Assembly: GCF_004010195.1 (NCBI RefSeq)
Contig: NC_057718.1
Location: forward strand, 65,844,770-65,908,769
Reading direction: 5' to 3'
From: Chiloscyllium plagiosum
Taxonomy: Eukaryota
Length of the DNA: 64,000 nt
Part shown: in pieces, positions 26,630-39,949 of the stretch
Layout: each line of letters opens with the position of its first letter
Position numbering within the stretch: the stretch's first letter is position 1
Program-made: the position numbers and the translations under genes
The notes under the pieces: generated by a model
Databases searched by the model: none
Told to the model about the DNA's origin: nothing
What the model saw: only the letters and a program-made list of their open reading frames with translations

Positions 26630-27200
26630 TAAGACCATAAAATGTAAGAGCAGGATTAAGTCATTCACCTCAGTGAGTCTACTCCATCATTCAATCATGC
26701 TTTTCATGATACATTTTTCAACCCCATTTCCCTGCCTTCTTCCCTGTAACCCTTGATCCCCTACCAACCCTTATCTATCCATGTCTTAAATACACTCAAT
26801 GATTGGCCTCCACAGCCTTCTGAGGCAATGGGTTTTACAGATTAACCACCCTCTGGCTGAAGCAATTCCTCCTCATCTTAGTTCTAAAGGTGATCCCTTC
26901 ACCCTGACATTGTACCCTCAGATCCTTGTGTCTCCTACTCATGGAAATAGCTTCTCTACATCCACTCTACTGAGGTCTATCAGTATTCTATAAGTTTCAA
27001 TGTGATCCCTCCTCATTCTTCTAAACTCCATTGAGTACAGACCCAGAGTTCTCTCAGCTTCACATATGACAAGCCCTTCATACCTGGGATCATTCTTGTC
27101 AACCTCCTCAGGACCCCTCCAAGGCCAGCATATCCTTATATAGATATGGGATCCAGAACTGCTCACAATATTCCAAACGTAGTCCGACAATAGCCTTATG
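26630..27200 (-). mobile_element. CR1 3' fragment
   Basis: TLGLYSMEFRRMRRDHIETYRIL plus CR1 3'UTR. Confidence 0.85.
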
Positions 27201-27206
27201 CAAAAA

Positions 27207-28385
27207 AAAAACAGAAGTGTGGGTGCTGGAAATCAGAAACACAAACAGAAATTGCTGGAAAAATTCAGCAGGTCTGCCAGCATCTGTGGAGAGAAAGCAG
27301 AGTTAACGTTTTGGGTCCAGTGACTTTTCTTCAGAACTAATTTTATCAAGAAAAACGTCAATACATATGCTGAAGATGGGGTGAGCGGAGGTGAGAGGAG
27401 TAATCGCTAGATTACTGGTGCCCAGAGAGAGACAACAACTTCAGCCTGGGAAAATTAATAGCCGCTAATGGGGACCTTTACTGACAATGGGTTGTTTGTG
27501 GTGGCAGCTCATATGTATGGGGGTTAGGGTAAGGACCTGGGAGAATGTATTCAAGTCTTAATTTATTGAATCCTGAAGGCTGCAAGTTCCTTAAGTGGAA
27601 AATGAGATGCTGTTCTTCCAGTTTGCATCGAGCTTTGCTGGAGCACTATAGCAAGCCCAAGTCAGAGGTGTTGGGCAGGGAACAGTGGTGTGTTGAAGTG
27701 GCAGGCAACAGGAAGCTCACGGTCACTTTTGTGGGCAGAAGGTAGGTGTTCTGCAAAGCAGGTTGTCTATTCTGCATGTTGTCTCCCTAGTATGGAGCAG
27801 ACCACATCGTGAGCAATGAATACAGTACATTAGATCGAGTAAAGTGCAGGTAAACTGCTGCTGGGAGCTAGGATAGTGAGGAGGAGGAAGTAAATGGGCA
27901 GGTTTTACACCTTCTGGTGAATGGGAAAGTGCATTGGGGGTGTGGGGAAGTGTTGGAAGTGGAGGAGGAGAAGACCTGGAGGGAATGGTCCTTGTGGAAG
28001 GCTGACAAGGGAGGGTGGGCGAATATGCGTCTGGTGGTGGATTTCTGCTGGAGATGGTGAAAATGGTAGCTAACGATCTGTTGGATGTGGACACAGTTAC
28101 GGTAGTAAGTGAGGAACAGGGGGATCCCTATTGCTGTTGTGGGAAGGGAAAAAGAGGATGACGGCCAAAGTGCTGGAGATGAGTCAGATACAACTGAGAG
28201 CCCTGTCAACTGCAATGGTGGTGAATCCTTGATTAAGAAAGAAGGTGGACATTTTGGAGACCACCTTAAAGAAGTTGACATCATTGGAACATATGTGACA
28301 GAGACAGAGAAACAAGAAGAATGGAACAGAGTCTTTATAGGAAACAGGGTGTGAAGATGTATAGTTGAGGTAACTGTGGGAGTCT
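27207..28385 (-). mobile_element. 5'-truncated Penelope-like element (family C): RT thumb, GIY-YIG endonuclease and hammerhead terminus
   Basis: SHSYLNYTSSHP, IPLFLTYY, RRCKTC and MYCIHCSRCGLL motifs. The 3' end reads agttCTGAAGAaaagtc-actg-gaccc-aaaa-CG-TT-aact. Confidence 0.85.
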
Positions 28386-28513
28386 TGATGAAGCATTGCT
28401 GACTCAGCCCCATTTCACTAGGCACTTCCAAGTACTCCTCAATCTCCTCCTTAATAATGAACTCTAAAATCGTACCAACGACCAAAGTCAGGCTAACTGG
28501 CCTATAGTTTCTT

Positions 28514-28600
28514 GTTGAGAATGTGGTGCTGGAAAAGCACAGCAGGTCAGGTAGCATTCAAGGAGCAGGAGAATCGACGTTTCGGACAAAAGCCCTTCAT
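28514..28600 (-). mobile_element. PLE family A 3' terminus fragment
   Basis: Reverse complement reads ATGAagggcttttgtccGAAACGTCgattc, truncated inside the CUGAUGA box. Confidence 0.8.
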
Positions 28601-29945
28601 AAACCATTTGTTTATGTGGCGAGTCCAGTTGAATTTCTGGTCAATGGTAACCTTCAGAATGTTGACATTGGGGAATTCAGTGATGGCAACACCACTGAAT
28701 GTTAAGGAGCATTGATAGATTGTCTCTTGGTAGCATTTGTGTGACGTGATTGTTACTTGCCACTTGTAAGTCCAAGCCTTGATATTGTCCAGATCTTGTT
28801 GCATTTGAAAATGGACTACTTCAGTAACTGAGGAGTTGTGAATGGTGTTGAGCATTTGTACAATCATTGGCAAACACCCCCATTTCTGACCTTAAAATGG
28901 AGGGAAGGTCAATGATGAAGTGGCTGAAGATGATTTCAGCTGACAATATTACCCTGAAGAACTCCTGGACTATGATGATTGACCTTCAACATCCACAACC
29001 ATCTTATGATGTGTCAGTTATAGAACATAGAACAATATTGTGCCAAGTAATAATCTTAATCTTAATCTAAGACACCCCTCAATTTACTGCCGTCCATGTG
29101 TTTGTCCAGCAGTTGCTTAAATGTCCCTATTGTCTCTGACTCTACTACCACCACTGGCAGTGCATTCCACGCACCAACCACTGGTATGAGACCAACCGAG
29201 ATTTTACTCCTTATTCCTAATGATAACACTTTTGCTAGGACTCCTTAATGCCACTGTCATTTGAATGCAACCTTGATGTCAAGGGCTGTCACATTCACCT
29301 CACCTCTGGAATTCAGCAGTTTGCTCATTTTTGAACCAATGCTATTAAAAGGTCAGGAGTTGAATGGCCCTGGCAGATCCCAAACTATCAATTGAGGAAG
29401 TGAGCTATTAGAGAGTGAATAAAAATGGATATTGATGAATAATTATCAAATGCTTGATAACACTGTCGATGATACATTCCATCACTTTACTGGTGATCAA
29501 GAGTATACTGATGGAGCAGTAATTGGCCGGGTTGGATTTGTCTAGATTTTCACATACAGGACACACCTGGGCAATGTTGGATAGATGCCAGTGTTGTAGC
29601 TGTACTGAAACAGGTCAGCTAGGGGAGTGGCAAGTTCTGGAAAACAGGTCTTCAGCACTAGTGCCAGAACACTGCCAGGGTTATTAGCCTTTGCATGATC
29701 CAGTGGCTGTATCTGTTTCTTGATAGCATGTGGAATAAACTGAATTGGCTAAAGATTGACACGTGTGGTGCTAGGAAACGCTGGAAGAGGAGAGATGGTC
29801 ATCCACTCGGCACTTCTGGCTGAAGATTGTTGCAAATACTTCAGCCTTATCTTTTGCACTGACATCCTGGACTCTTCCTTCATTGAGGATGGGGGTATTT
29901 CTAAAGCCTCCTTGTCCAGTGTTTCTAATCGGCTGCATTGGTAAT
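28601..29945 (-). mobile_element. Old LINE RT fragment (CR1/L2 superfamily) with a nested CR1 3' tail (about 29020-29185)
   Basis: MQQDLDNIKAW..KWQVT...ILKVTIDQKFNWTRHIN. Confidence 0.75.
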
Positions 29946-32689
29946 TACTGGTGGTGGTTAATAAGTTAAAAACACAAAAAAAGCTATAGTAGTTTGGTGA
30001 TGGAAAAGTCATTTGGTTGTGTGTTCTGGATAAATTAGTCATTCTGGATAAATTAAATAAAAACATATAGCTAGCACTGAGGTGGTGTTCCTATTTCTGA
30101 GTTTCTTGTGGTACGGTAATAGTGTCCCTTGGGTTCAAGTCTCCCATGTTATAGAGGTGTGTAATAACATCCCTGAGAAAGTTAATTAGGAAAGTATCTT
30201 TAAAACAAACCCACATGGTATTGTGGTGCAGAGGTAGTCTTCTGTCAAGAGATCTGGGTTAAAGTTCTGTGTGATAGCACTTCCGGATTTGAATAAAATA
30301 AAGTAAACCTAGGATTGGGTGTGCAAAACCTTCCGTCCTGGGCTGGGACTAGCCTATATATGTCACAAGTATTGGCTCTATTTTGATAAATGATGTTCCT
30401 TTCCAGTCGGGCTCCCCAAGTTATTATATTTATTATGCGAAAGAAGATAAAATGGAACAAACAAAGCCACTTACATATAATATAGTTTGAAAGATTTTGA
30501 AATCTTTTACATATTAAAAATGCAATCTCATCAATACCAGCAACAACAGGCTACATTATACAAACATTATAGAGAGTTTGCTTCTTTATACACCTTTAGT
30601 TTAACTTAACTGTTTATTTTCATTTCTGGTCTTGAGAGTTGGTATCCTCTTCCTCAATTAGTCACACAACTAAGGCTAGACTTTCTTAGCTTTGCATAAC
30701 TACTTCAGGGTTCTAACTAAATACTTCTCATTTGAAACTTCTGAACAAAAATCCTTACACTGAGGATATCTATTACCTAACAATTCTAAATTAACTCCTT
30801 TTCTCAAGGAGAAACTGATTGATATATTTATCTTCAAGCAGGATTTATGCAACCTGAACAGCAAAAACTTTCCAAGCAATTGATTTTTTCCTGAGCAAAA
30901 ACAGCATTTGTGATTCTTCTATTACCTGCAGACTCTCTCTCTAATGCAGGTTTTAAAATAAAGATGGCTCTATAAATACTGACAAGTTAATCATTAAAGA
31001 CCAAAATCAACATGTGATTTGTTCAAATTTCAAACTTAAAGATAAATGATATTAATAAATCTCATACCTCACAATGCTGATTGATCATATACATCACATG
31101 AAAATACAATCATTTAGAAAAAGGCTCTGCCGTTTGAATTGTATAGCAGTAAGAGTTCCTTAGTCCCAGTTTGCTATCTTATACTGCCCTCTACTGAGAC
31201 CTTCTTCCCACATTCTAGAGTCACTTGTTTCCTTGTTTCATGTGTTACTGCTGTGGATGGACGAAGATGCAGACTGATCATGAAAGTTCCTCCTTTCAGA
31301 TCAAAAAATAAGAATATTAAATTTGGACCAGGAAGAAACGATATGTAGAACAATTCATCAAAGCACTATAAGCAGCCTGAAATTCTCCACGTGGCACACA
31401 TTAGTGACATTAGATTTAAAAGGGAATGAGGGATATGTTCAATACATGATTACAGATCACAAGGAAACAGCACTTAAATGGAAACCCAACTCCTTCAAGT
31501 CTGTGCTTTAGGTACATAAAAATATGTAGAAGTTACAACACAGAAAGCTGCCATTTGGCCCAACCAGTCAATTTTGGTGTATTTTGTTGTCATGCCCCTT
31601 CATTTTTGTTTATTCACTGATCTAATTGAATCTTGACAGTTTACTCAGGTGCTCATCCTTACATGGAAGTATAAAGGGTCAAAAAATCAGTAAGGTCTGG
31701 GAAGTGGTCAGATGGAAGCCAGTCTAGCAGCCAGGAGGAAGAACCCAGGAGGTCACAGTGCAGGATCTTTGAAGATGGTCTCAACAATTGGAAGGGTCAA
31801 GGTAGATTAATGGAGTCCTGGGATGGAGAGGACGATAGAACATCAGAAATGCAACATGGCGAGAAGGAAAAGAGAAGGGCTGCAATCCACCCATGGGAGA
31901 CCGAAGCATTCTTCAAGGGGTCTGAATGAAAGTGATCCTGCATATCCAGGCTAATAAGCAGTGCTGAAAATGGTACATATTTATGGAGACCAAAGCTCCC
32001 ATCTTTTCTTTGCTGCTGGTTTTCTGCTTCCAAGAAATCCATACTATGAAATTTCATTTTAAATCAAGCTCAAAGTTGCACTGTGGAAGTCTGATTTAAG
32101 TATAGTAATAATGTTTCCCACCAGGTTAGGGTTTGGGACAGACTTTGAATATTTGATGGCTTATCCCTGCCCCGACCCACATTCCCTCTCCTGCGTGTCA
32201 ACAGAGGTAATGTATATTTCAGCCATAGCTTCTGTCTCAACCACTAGCACTTGAAGTAAATTCCACAGCCCCTCAATTCTCTAGGTCTAAATATTTGCCA
32301 GACTAGAGAACCTCTCCATCATGGCAAAGGTTGTCAGAAGTGGTTTGAAATTGCATCCCACCCTAAGAGTGGCACCTATCATTTTGCAGGGACAGGAATG
32401 GAATTAGCTCAGGATTCGTTCAATTGCAGTTTATGGATATAGGTGGTTATTTAAGTCATAGTTGCTTCAGATCCTAGGTGATTTTGGTGAAGTAACTGCC
32501 TGAAATCTGAGGTAGAAATTGCAGGAGTGGTGAGTTAATTTTTGGATCTGATCCCAGGATATCTTTGGGGCTGGTAATGTGCTGGTTAGTGGCTTTAAAG
32601 TTCTCTTTGCATTGTAAGAATTAGATATGTTTGTGTGTAAACACTCTATAAGCTGTGATGTTTGTTTTTTTATTTCATGTTTTCTGACC

Positions 32690-32970
32690 TATGGTTATAC
32701 TATGTATAACTGTAATGTAACCCTTTTGTTTCTTCATTTTTCTATTCTGTAACTAATGATTGTATCTAGGTACTCTGTACCAAAGGTGGCACTGCGTGTT
32801 GTTGACATTGTTACATTGTAACTAATCTTGTATCTGAAGCAGCTGTACCTAGGTACCTTTGTACCTAAGATGCAGCTGTAAATGGTGACTTATCAACTTT
32901 TCACTGTACTCATTTGAATACATGTGACGATAAAGCTAATTCAATTCAAATCAATTCAGTTCAATTCAAT
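32690..32970 (+). mobile_element. 3' end of unclassified non-autonomous retroelement
   Basis: gtacctaagatg...ttttcactgtac...acatgtgacgataaagctaattcaattca, shared with 34900-35008 and 60056-60170 (-). Confidence 0.7.
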
Positions 32971-34376
32971 AAACTTATTGGAACTAGCAAACCTGTCAAA
33001 TAACTATGCAAGCTAGACTGTTAAATAAACCTGTCTAACCTGTCAAAAGGCCCTTTCAAGGCATTTAGAATTCCAAATCCATCAATCTTTATCAAAGGTC
33101 CAGAGAGTTTACAAAATATACATTTCCATTTCACTCTATTAACATACTCCTGAGAATTTCCATTCTTTAATTAGTGTTGTTTGATTAATTTCATGAGGAT
33201 CCATGATCTTAGCTGGGTGTCTTTCATTTCACCATCTGATTCATCGGAACATATGATTTTGAACTCTTTGATGTGGAACTATGAATAACAATGTTTGTTG
33301 CACTTGAATTAAGTAATTGTATTTATAAGATATGAAGAAATTTGAATGCATTAAATAGATGTTTAATATTGCATGTTTTACACAATGTAGTGATGCTTGC
33401 AAAACTTATTTAAGAGAACTTCTTTCCATCTATACATGAGCTGAGGTCTGTCCATTCTACATATTCGGTGGGTTAGTATAGTAAGTCCAATGGAAAAGGT
33501 TGTTTAGTGGCATTGTTTAGCATGAGTTGACACTAGGTTGGTACAGAAGCACAAATAGGAATGGAGATAAGAGAGCAGTAAAGTTTGTAAGAAGTGTTTT
33601 ATGGATTTATCTTTATTTTTCAATTTTGAATACACTGCCACTATTAAGTGAACTGTTTTACAGCTCCAGCTGATTGTAGAATAGAAATGTTTGTTTTCAC
33701 AAATGATTAATTATTTAAGTGTAATGTGCATACTCATAACACAAGTCATTAATTAATTAAATGAAATGCATTTTTAATAAGTGATTTGTTGGAAGATAAT
33801 GTGTTGACTTTTTCATCAATAAGTCTTTCTTTTAAATAGTAAAGACAAATAGACACAACTTTATTTTATGTCAACACTGTTCTGCCCACTATGGGTACTA
33901 AGTCAGTTGGCATTAAAGGGTAAGGGCACAGGATGTTGGATGGGGACATGGATTGGCAGTATGTTGGCATGGGGACTATTAAGAGCCTTGGGTTGATAGA
34001 TGGCCATAGTTGGTGAAGGAATATAGGGGATTAAAGGTGATGGATAGAGAGCCTAGAGTGACATTTGGAGTATGAGGTGCCATGGAGTTGGGTAGCCTTC
34101 TGTACAGCCCAACTCTGCACTGGCAGCCTCTGCACACATTCCAGAGGAAAGAATTCCACCCCAGCTGGCCTCCCAGGGAACCCCACCTCCCCAGTGGAAA
34201 AAATCTGACCTTCCTGGCCACTTTTTCCCAGTTCAGGTTTGTGGAGCCGAGAAATGTCCCGATTAATTAGAGAAAATCCAGGCCATTATTTGCATTTCCT
34301 CATATCCCAGAGAACCTGCTTTATACCGTCCCTAATTCCTCTGTCTTTCCCATAGTGTAGAATCCTCCTCCCTTTT

Positions 34377-35008
34377 CCAAGATGGCAGTGGCCTAGGACA
34401 CTTCAGCTGGAGCTCATCCGCTCCATTTGTTCTTTTTTTCTTTTTTTTCCTCTTTTGTGTTTTTTTTCTCTTTCTTCTTTCTTGGTGATATTCTGAACTC
34501 CTGGCCTCAGTGCTGACTCAGTGTGGTGGCTTCCTCGCCTAGCTTGGCGGTCTCTTGGCCTGTGTGGCTGTCTTGTCCTGGCGTGGTGACCCAGTGTGGC
34601 GATATCTCAGTGGTTCAGCCTGATGGTCTATGAGCAGTGTATGGCAATCTTACAGCCAAGCATGGCCTTGGCGTGGACCTCCAGCCTTGAGGTGATTCCA
34701 GAATGGTCTCCCAGCCTCGACAGCCTTGAGGTGAAGCCTGGAGTCAAAGCTTGGTGTGAAATGGAGGCTATGTACCAGAGTGCACTGGGTTGAAAGGATT
34801 GATGTTCTGACTGTTTTATTTCTCTGGTTTCTAATTTATCCCAATGATCTATATGTCTGACTTTTATTTCTATTTCTTTTCCTAAGTACTTGTACTGAAT
34901 AATCTGTATCTAGGTACTTTGTACCTAAGATGGCGCCAAAGGTGTTGACCTGTAAGCTTTTCACTAGACTTATTTGAGTACATGTAACAATAAAGCTAAT
35001 TCAATTCA
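34377..35008 (+). mobile_element. Unclassified non-autonomous retroelement of about 630 bp
   Basis: Starts CAAGATGGC, has a T-rich tract, and ends in a LINE-like tail ...acatgtaacAATAAAgctaattcaattca. A related copy lies at 60056-60670 (-). Confidence 0.65.
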
Positions 35009-35492
35009 TCCCAGCAGGGTCATTTTTTAAATTGATGTCTTATAACTGATGTTATACGGGCCCATCATTTACATACAGTATTGCCTCCTGACACTTCAAC
35101 TTGAAGCTTTATGATTATTGCACTTAACAGTTTTAAACAAGAAAAATATAAATGTTATGAATCCTGAATCTTGGTAAGGATGCACTTTCAACACTGCTGA
35201 TAAACCACAGTCCTTTATTTCTGGAGACAGTTTCAACATATTCCATTTAGTGTGTTTAGTATTTTTCATGCACATATATTACTGGCTAGATATGTTTCAG
35301 AACCGCTTTTACATTGCTCCAACTGTGTCCATTAATTGTAAACTTTAGGAAAAATATCCACTTGTCCCAGCATAATTCCATTTCATGTATAATATAGTCA
35401 ATTGTTTTTTGAAGGAAAATCAGTGGAATGTTTTTAAGGTGAACTCACATTCATTGCAAGTATAGATGGGAATGCAGTCATGATATGGAATG

Positions 35493-35680
35493 ATTTGGAA
35501 ATGCTGGTGTTGGACTGGGGTGTACAAAGTTAAAAATCACACAACACCAGGTTATAGTCCAACAGGTTTAATTGGAAGCACACTAGCTTTCGGAGCGACG
35601 TTGAAGGAGCATTGCTCCGAAAGCTAGTGTGCTTCCAATTAAACCTGTTGGACTATAACCTGGTGTTGTGCGATTTTTAA
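35493..35680. mobile_element. Fold-back mini-insertion, hammerhead family B
   Basis: About 68-bp near-perfect inverted arms. Exact TSD CATGATATGGAATG at 35479-35492 and 35681-35694. Confidence 0.9.
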
Positions 35681-36168
35681 CATGATATGGAATGTACTGT
35701 CGAGAAGAATGGTGGATAAGGTTCAATCAGAAGTTTCAAAAGAAAACTGGATAAACAGTTGAAATTAAATATTTGAAGGTTATTGGAAAAATAGTTAGCA
35801 AGTAGGTTGAATTGAATAGATCTTGCAAAGAGCTGGTACAAGCATAATAGTTTAAATGGCCATCTTGTAAGTCTCTGATTTCACACAAGAACTTTAAAAC
35901 CCTTCTGAGATAAAAGAGACACCATTCACTCCTATTATTGGACAGACTGCAAAGCAAGGATGTAGAACATCAGTAAACATTCTTCCTAGTATTTCGTAGC
36001 ATCCAGTACAACATTCAAGAGTATGCAATTAATTTGCTTTATCACAGTGATCAGTAATGTAATTCAGGAATTATTTTAATGAACATTCTGTTTATTTAAA
36101 ATGTGCTTTAATGCAAAAGTTCACGAAGATGAGAATGCCATTTAACATTTTCTTCGCCTGTCTTTCAG

Positions 36169-36356
36169 AACAACCACAGAATTCTGATGAAATGGAACAG
36201 TTATACAAATCCTTAGAGCAAGCCAGTCTTTCACCTATTGGAAAACGTCGGCTTTCATCAAGAAAGGACTACAGGAAATCCTTTATAAAACGTAGCAATA
36301 ATCCTATTGTCAATGAAAGATTGCACAAATTCAGAACTTTGAACAGTACTTTGAAG
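36169..36356 (+). CDS. IPCEF1: Penultimate coding exon of IPCEF1/CNKSR-family gene (start of C-terminal coiled-coil, cytohesin-binding region)
   Basis: Acceptor cctgtctttcAG, donor AAG|GTATAA. Peptide EQPQNSDEMEQLYKSLEQASLSPIGKRRLSSRKDYRKSFIKRSNNPIVNERLHKFRTLNSTLK closely matches the IPCEF1 C-terminal motif as recalled (DEMEKLYKSLEQASLSPLG...RTLNSTLK). CNKSR1/2 are paralogous here, so orthology needs checking. Confidence 0.88.
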
Positions 36357-37734
36357 GTATAAGTATATCAGTTTCTGTTTGTATCTTTTGAGAAAACATA
36401 ATTGCTTATGGGGTATGTGTTGGTGTAGTGTTAACATGACATAAGCCCAGGCTAACTTTTGAGGGTCAAAGCCAAACATAGTACTGTGGAAATTAAAATT
36501 CATTTAATCCTATCATTATTTATGAATTAATATAAATTGGTCTCAGTGATAGTGACCATCATTGGTCTGGCCTGCCTAGTCTCGACACCCATAGCAGTGT
36601 GGTTGAACTTAATTGTCTTCTGAACTCAGTTCGAGGACAATTAAGGATGGCTAACAATTGCTGTCTTGCCCATAATACCCACATCCCATAAAAGAATAAT
36701 GATGAAAAAACAGCCACTACATAATTAGGTAATCATGGAATTTCAAAAAATGGAACATCCAGGCATAATCATAAAATGTAAATAAAAGTTTCATAACCAA
36801 ATGATGATCCATCATGCAGAATTCAAAATTTCAATGAAGTGTAGTAGATTTTTGCATTTTAACAGACCATGACCAACATAATAGGAAAGGAATCAAGCAA
36901 CATCAATTAATATGAAATCTGAAATGAATTTATTTGTTGAATTCATCAAACTATGCTTTGTATCTGTATAGTTTGATTGTTGTTAAGGTCGAGCTCCAGA
37001 TATGCTGGCTCTCTATTGAAGAATTTCATCATGAACTCTATTGTGGGTACATATTGAATTTTTATGACATGCTTTGGTTACAAGCAGTAAATTACTAGTG
37101 AGCCCCTCTCAAACCAAGCATGAGGTCAACTCTAAGCTTATTTTTAACAGGACATCATATTCAATTTGTACATACTAAAATAAATGCCTGACATTCAAAA
37201 ATAGGAAATCATAAGAAGGAGCAATTTTTCATTTAGTGTTAGATGATGTCTATTAAGTTTATTCAACTGGTCAATATTGTTTCCTACCAACAGCAGGGAG
37301 AGACTGACCTGCTAATTTTAGACTATCCTTGCCCTCATTAAAAAATGCCCAAGCATGGACATCCTCAGAATAACTTTGAACAATGTTTCCAAGTTTATTG
37401 TCTGTTGCTGAGTTCTTATCTCAATATTTTGTTTTCCTTATAGCATATGCAATTAAATAGAAAATAGGTTGGTCTTACTTTTTGCTAACAGATTTGTCAC
37501 TTCTATCATCATGTATTAACAAGCTTATACTTGCTGGTTTTCCATTGCAGCACAAAGCAGGTATCATCCAGTTGTTTTTAAAGTGAACCTGGAAACCAGT
37601 AACAACATCTCCCCTCTGAATGATTCCTCCCCATCTGGCTACATCTTCCAGCATTTGCCTTGTTAAGATCATTACAGTATTGGGTTAGGTGCTTAGTTCT
37701 TTAGCACTTCCTCCTCCTTGAAGCATAACAACAT

Positions 37735-39005
37735 ACAACATAGGAGCAGGAGTAAACCACTCAGACTTTTGAGCCCAATGCACATTCAATGAGATTAGAT
37801 TCCCTACAGTGTGGAATCAGGTCCTTCGGCCCAACTAGTCTACACCAACCCTCTGAAGAGTAACCCACCCAGACCCATTCCCCCTAACTAGTGCACCTAA
37901 CTCTATGGGCAATTTAGCATGACCAATTCACCTAACCTGCACATCTTTGGACTGGGTGAAAACCGGAGCACCCGGAGCAAATCCACACAGACACATCCTC
38001 CTGCATCTACCCTGTAATTCCTTGTAAAAAAAAATGTGTTTGAATGAAATCTCCTCTCATTCTTCTAAATCCCAGAGAATATAGGTCCAGTTTATTTAAC
38101 CTTTGCTCATAATACAATCTGTCCATCCCAGGGATTAGTTTAGTGAACCTTCCTTGTATTTCAAGTACATCACTCCTTGGATGAGGAGATACAATGCTCC
38201 AAGTGTGGTCTCACCAAAGCTTTATACAATTGCTCCTATACTCAAATCCTACACTAATGAACATCAACATGCTATTTGCCTTCATAATTGCTTGCTGTAC
38301 CTGCAAGTTCACTTTCAGTGGCTCATGAACAAGGAAATACTTTGAAGTTGAACACTTCCCCAGCTGTCACCATTTTAGAAATACTCTGTATTTTTGTTTT
38401 CCTACCAATGTGGATAATCTCACATTTCATCCTATTGCAATCTATGTGATAAATGTTTGCCCACTCACTTATCCTCTCCAAATCCCCTTGAAGCATGTTT
38501 GTATTCTCACCACTCACCCACCTAGTTTTGTGCCACTTGAAAATTTGAAACAGTTACATTTAATTCTACATTTAAATCATTGATATAGATTGTAAATAGC
38601 CAGGGCCCACCTGGCACACCACTAGTCACAGCCTGCCAACTTGATTTATTCCTCCTCAACATTTTATGTACTTTGACCAATTTTCAATCCATGCCATTGT
38701 ATTCTACCTAACCTCATAGAACATAGAACATAGAACAATACAGCACAGAACAGGCCCTTCGGCCCACGATGTTGTGCCGAACATTTGTCCTAGCTTAAGC
38801 ACCCATCCATGTACCTATCCAATTGCCGCTTAAAGGTCACCAAAGATTCTGACTCTATCCACCAATCTTCATATCATCTGCAAATTTACTGACCCACCCT
38901 TCGACTCCCTCTTCCAAGTCATGTGCTCTAATTTTATTTACTAACCTCTTGTGTGGGACTTTATAAAAAGCCTTTTGAAAATCTAAGTATATAACTTCTA
39001 CTGGT
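37735..39005 (-). mobile_element. Old CR1 3' region with nested SINE 3' half (about 37793-37995) and a young CR1 tail (about 38716-38920)
   Basis: LQGDLERISEWA...CEIIHIGRK, a (CATAGAA)n tail, and SINE V-domain sequence. Confidence 0.8.
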
Positions 39006-39049
39006 TACACTATCTACTCTGCTGGGCCTTTCTCAGTATTTACTTCAGT

Positions 39050-39620
39050 GTCTGAGGAATTGTGAACAGTGTTGAAGTGTTTGTAAGTATCAACAAAGAC
39101 TACCTGAAGAAGTTCTGTAGTGACGTCCTAGGATTGGATGATTATTCTTCAACCACCACAACCATTTTCCATAAATATGATTCCAACCAGTGGAGTGTTT
39201 TTCCCTGTTTCCCATTGCCTTTGATTTTGCTTGGGATCCTTAATGCCAATATTGATCAAATGCTGCCTTAATTTCCAGGAAGTCACCTCACCATTTGAGT
39301 TCAGCTTTTTTGATATGTTTTAACCAAAGCTGTAATGAGATCAAGAGCTGAATATCCCTGGTGGTCCCTAAATGGAGCATCAGTGAGCAGGTAATTGTTG
39401 ACAAGTGTCACTTCATAGCACTGTCAACAACCCCTTCCATCTCTATGATGATGACTGAGAGGAGAACAATGGAGCTGTAATTGGTCTAGTTGGATTTGTG
39501 CTGCTTTTTATGGACAGAAAATGCCTAGACAATTTTCAATATTGCTAAGTAAATGCCAATATTATAGCTGTACTGGAATAACCAGATGAGAGGCATGGTG
39601 AATTTTGGAGTGCAAGTGTT
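39050..39620 (-). mobile_element. Old LINE RT fragment (same family as 28601-29945)
   Basis: Collinear nucleotide similarity with 29170-29660. Confidence 0.6.
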
Positions 39621-39949
39621 CAACACTAGCAGTTGGGAAGATCAACCACTGCTTGTCTGAACTCCTCCCCATTGCGAAATGAGCACTGCTTATCCAACAT
39701 CCCAATTCTGCAGAAGCACAAATTCCGACCAATTAAATATTGAGAAGTTATTGTTTTCAGTTGACAACCCAAACTCCATTCCCTAGCTACTGGATCCATT
39801 GTTTCCCAAACAACAAGCTGAGATTTAGCCAGTCTGTTCACTACCTTGAATCAGAGATGAGCTTCTGACCATATTTTCATGCTATCATTAAGACTACATG
39901 TTTACACCTCCTTAACACTGCCTGACTTTATCTCTGTCACTACTCTTTG

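Noticed and set aside
30361..31073. Possible solo LTR (TGTCA...TCACA)
   Set aside because: No TSD and no second copy in the window, so it cannot be supported.
33880..34290. Possible non-autonomous DNA transposon end (GAAAATCCAGGCC)
   Set aside because: No matching opposite terminus identified.
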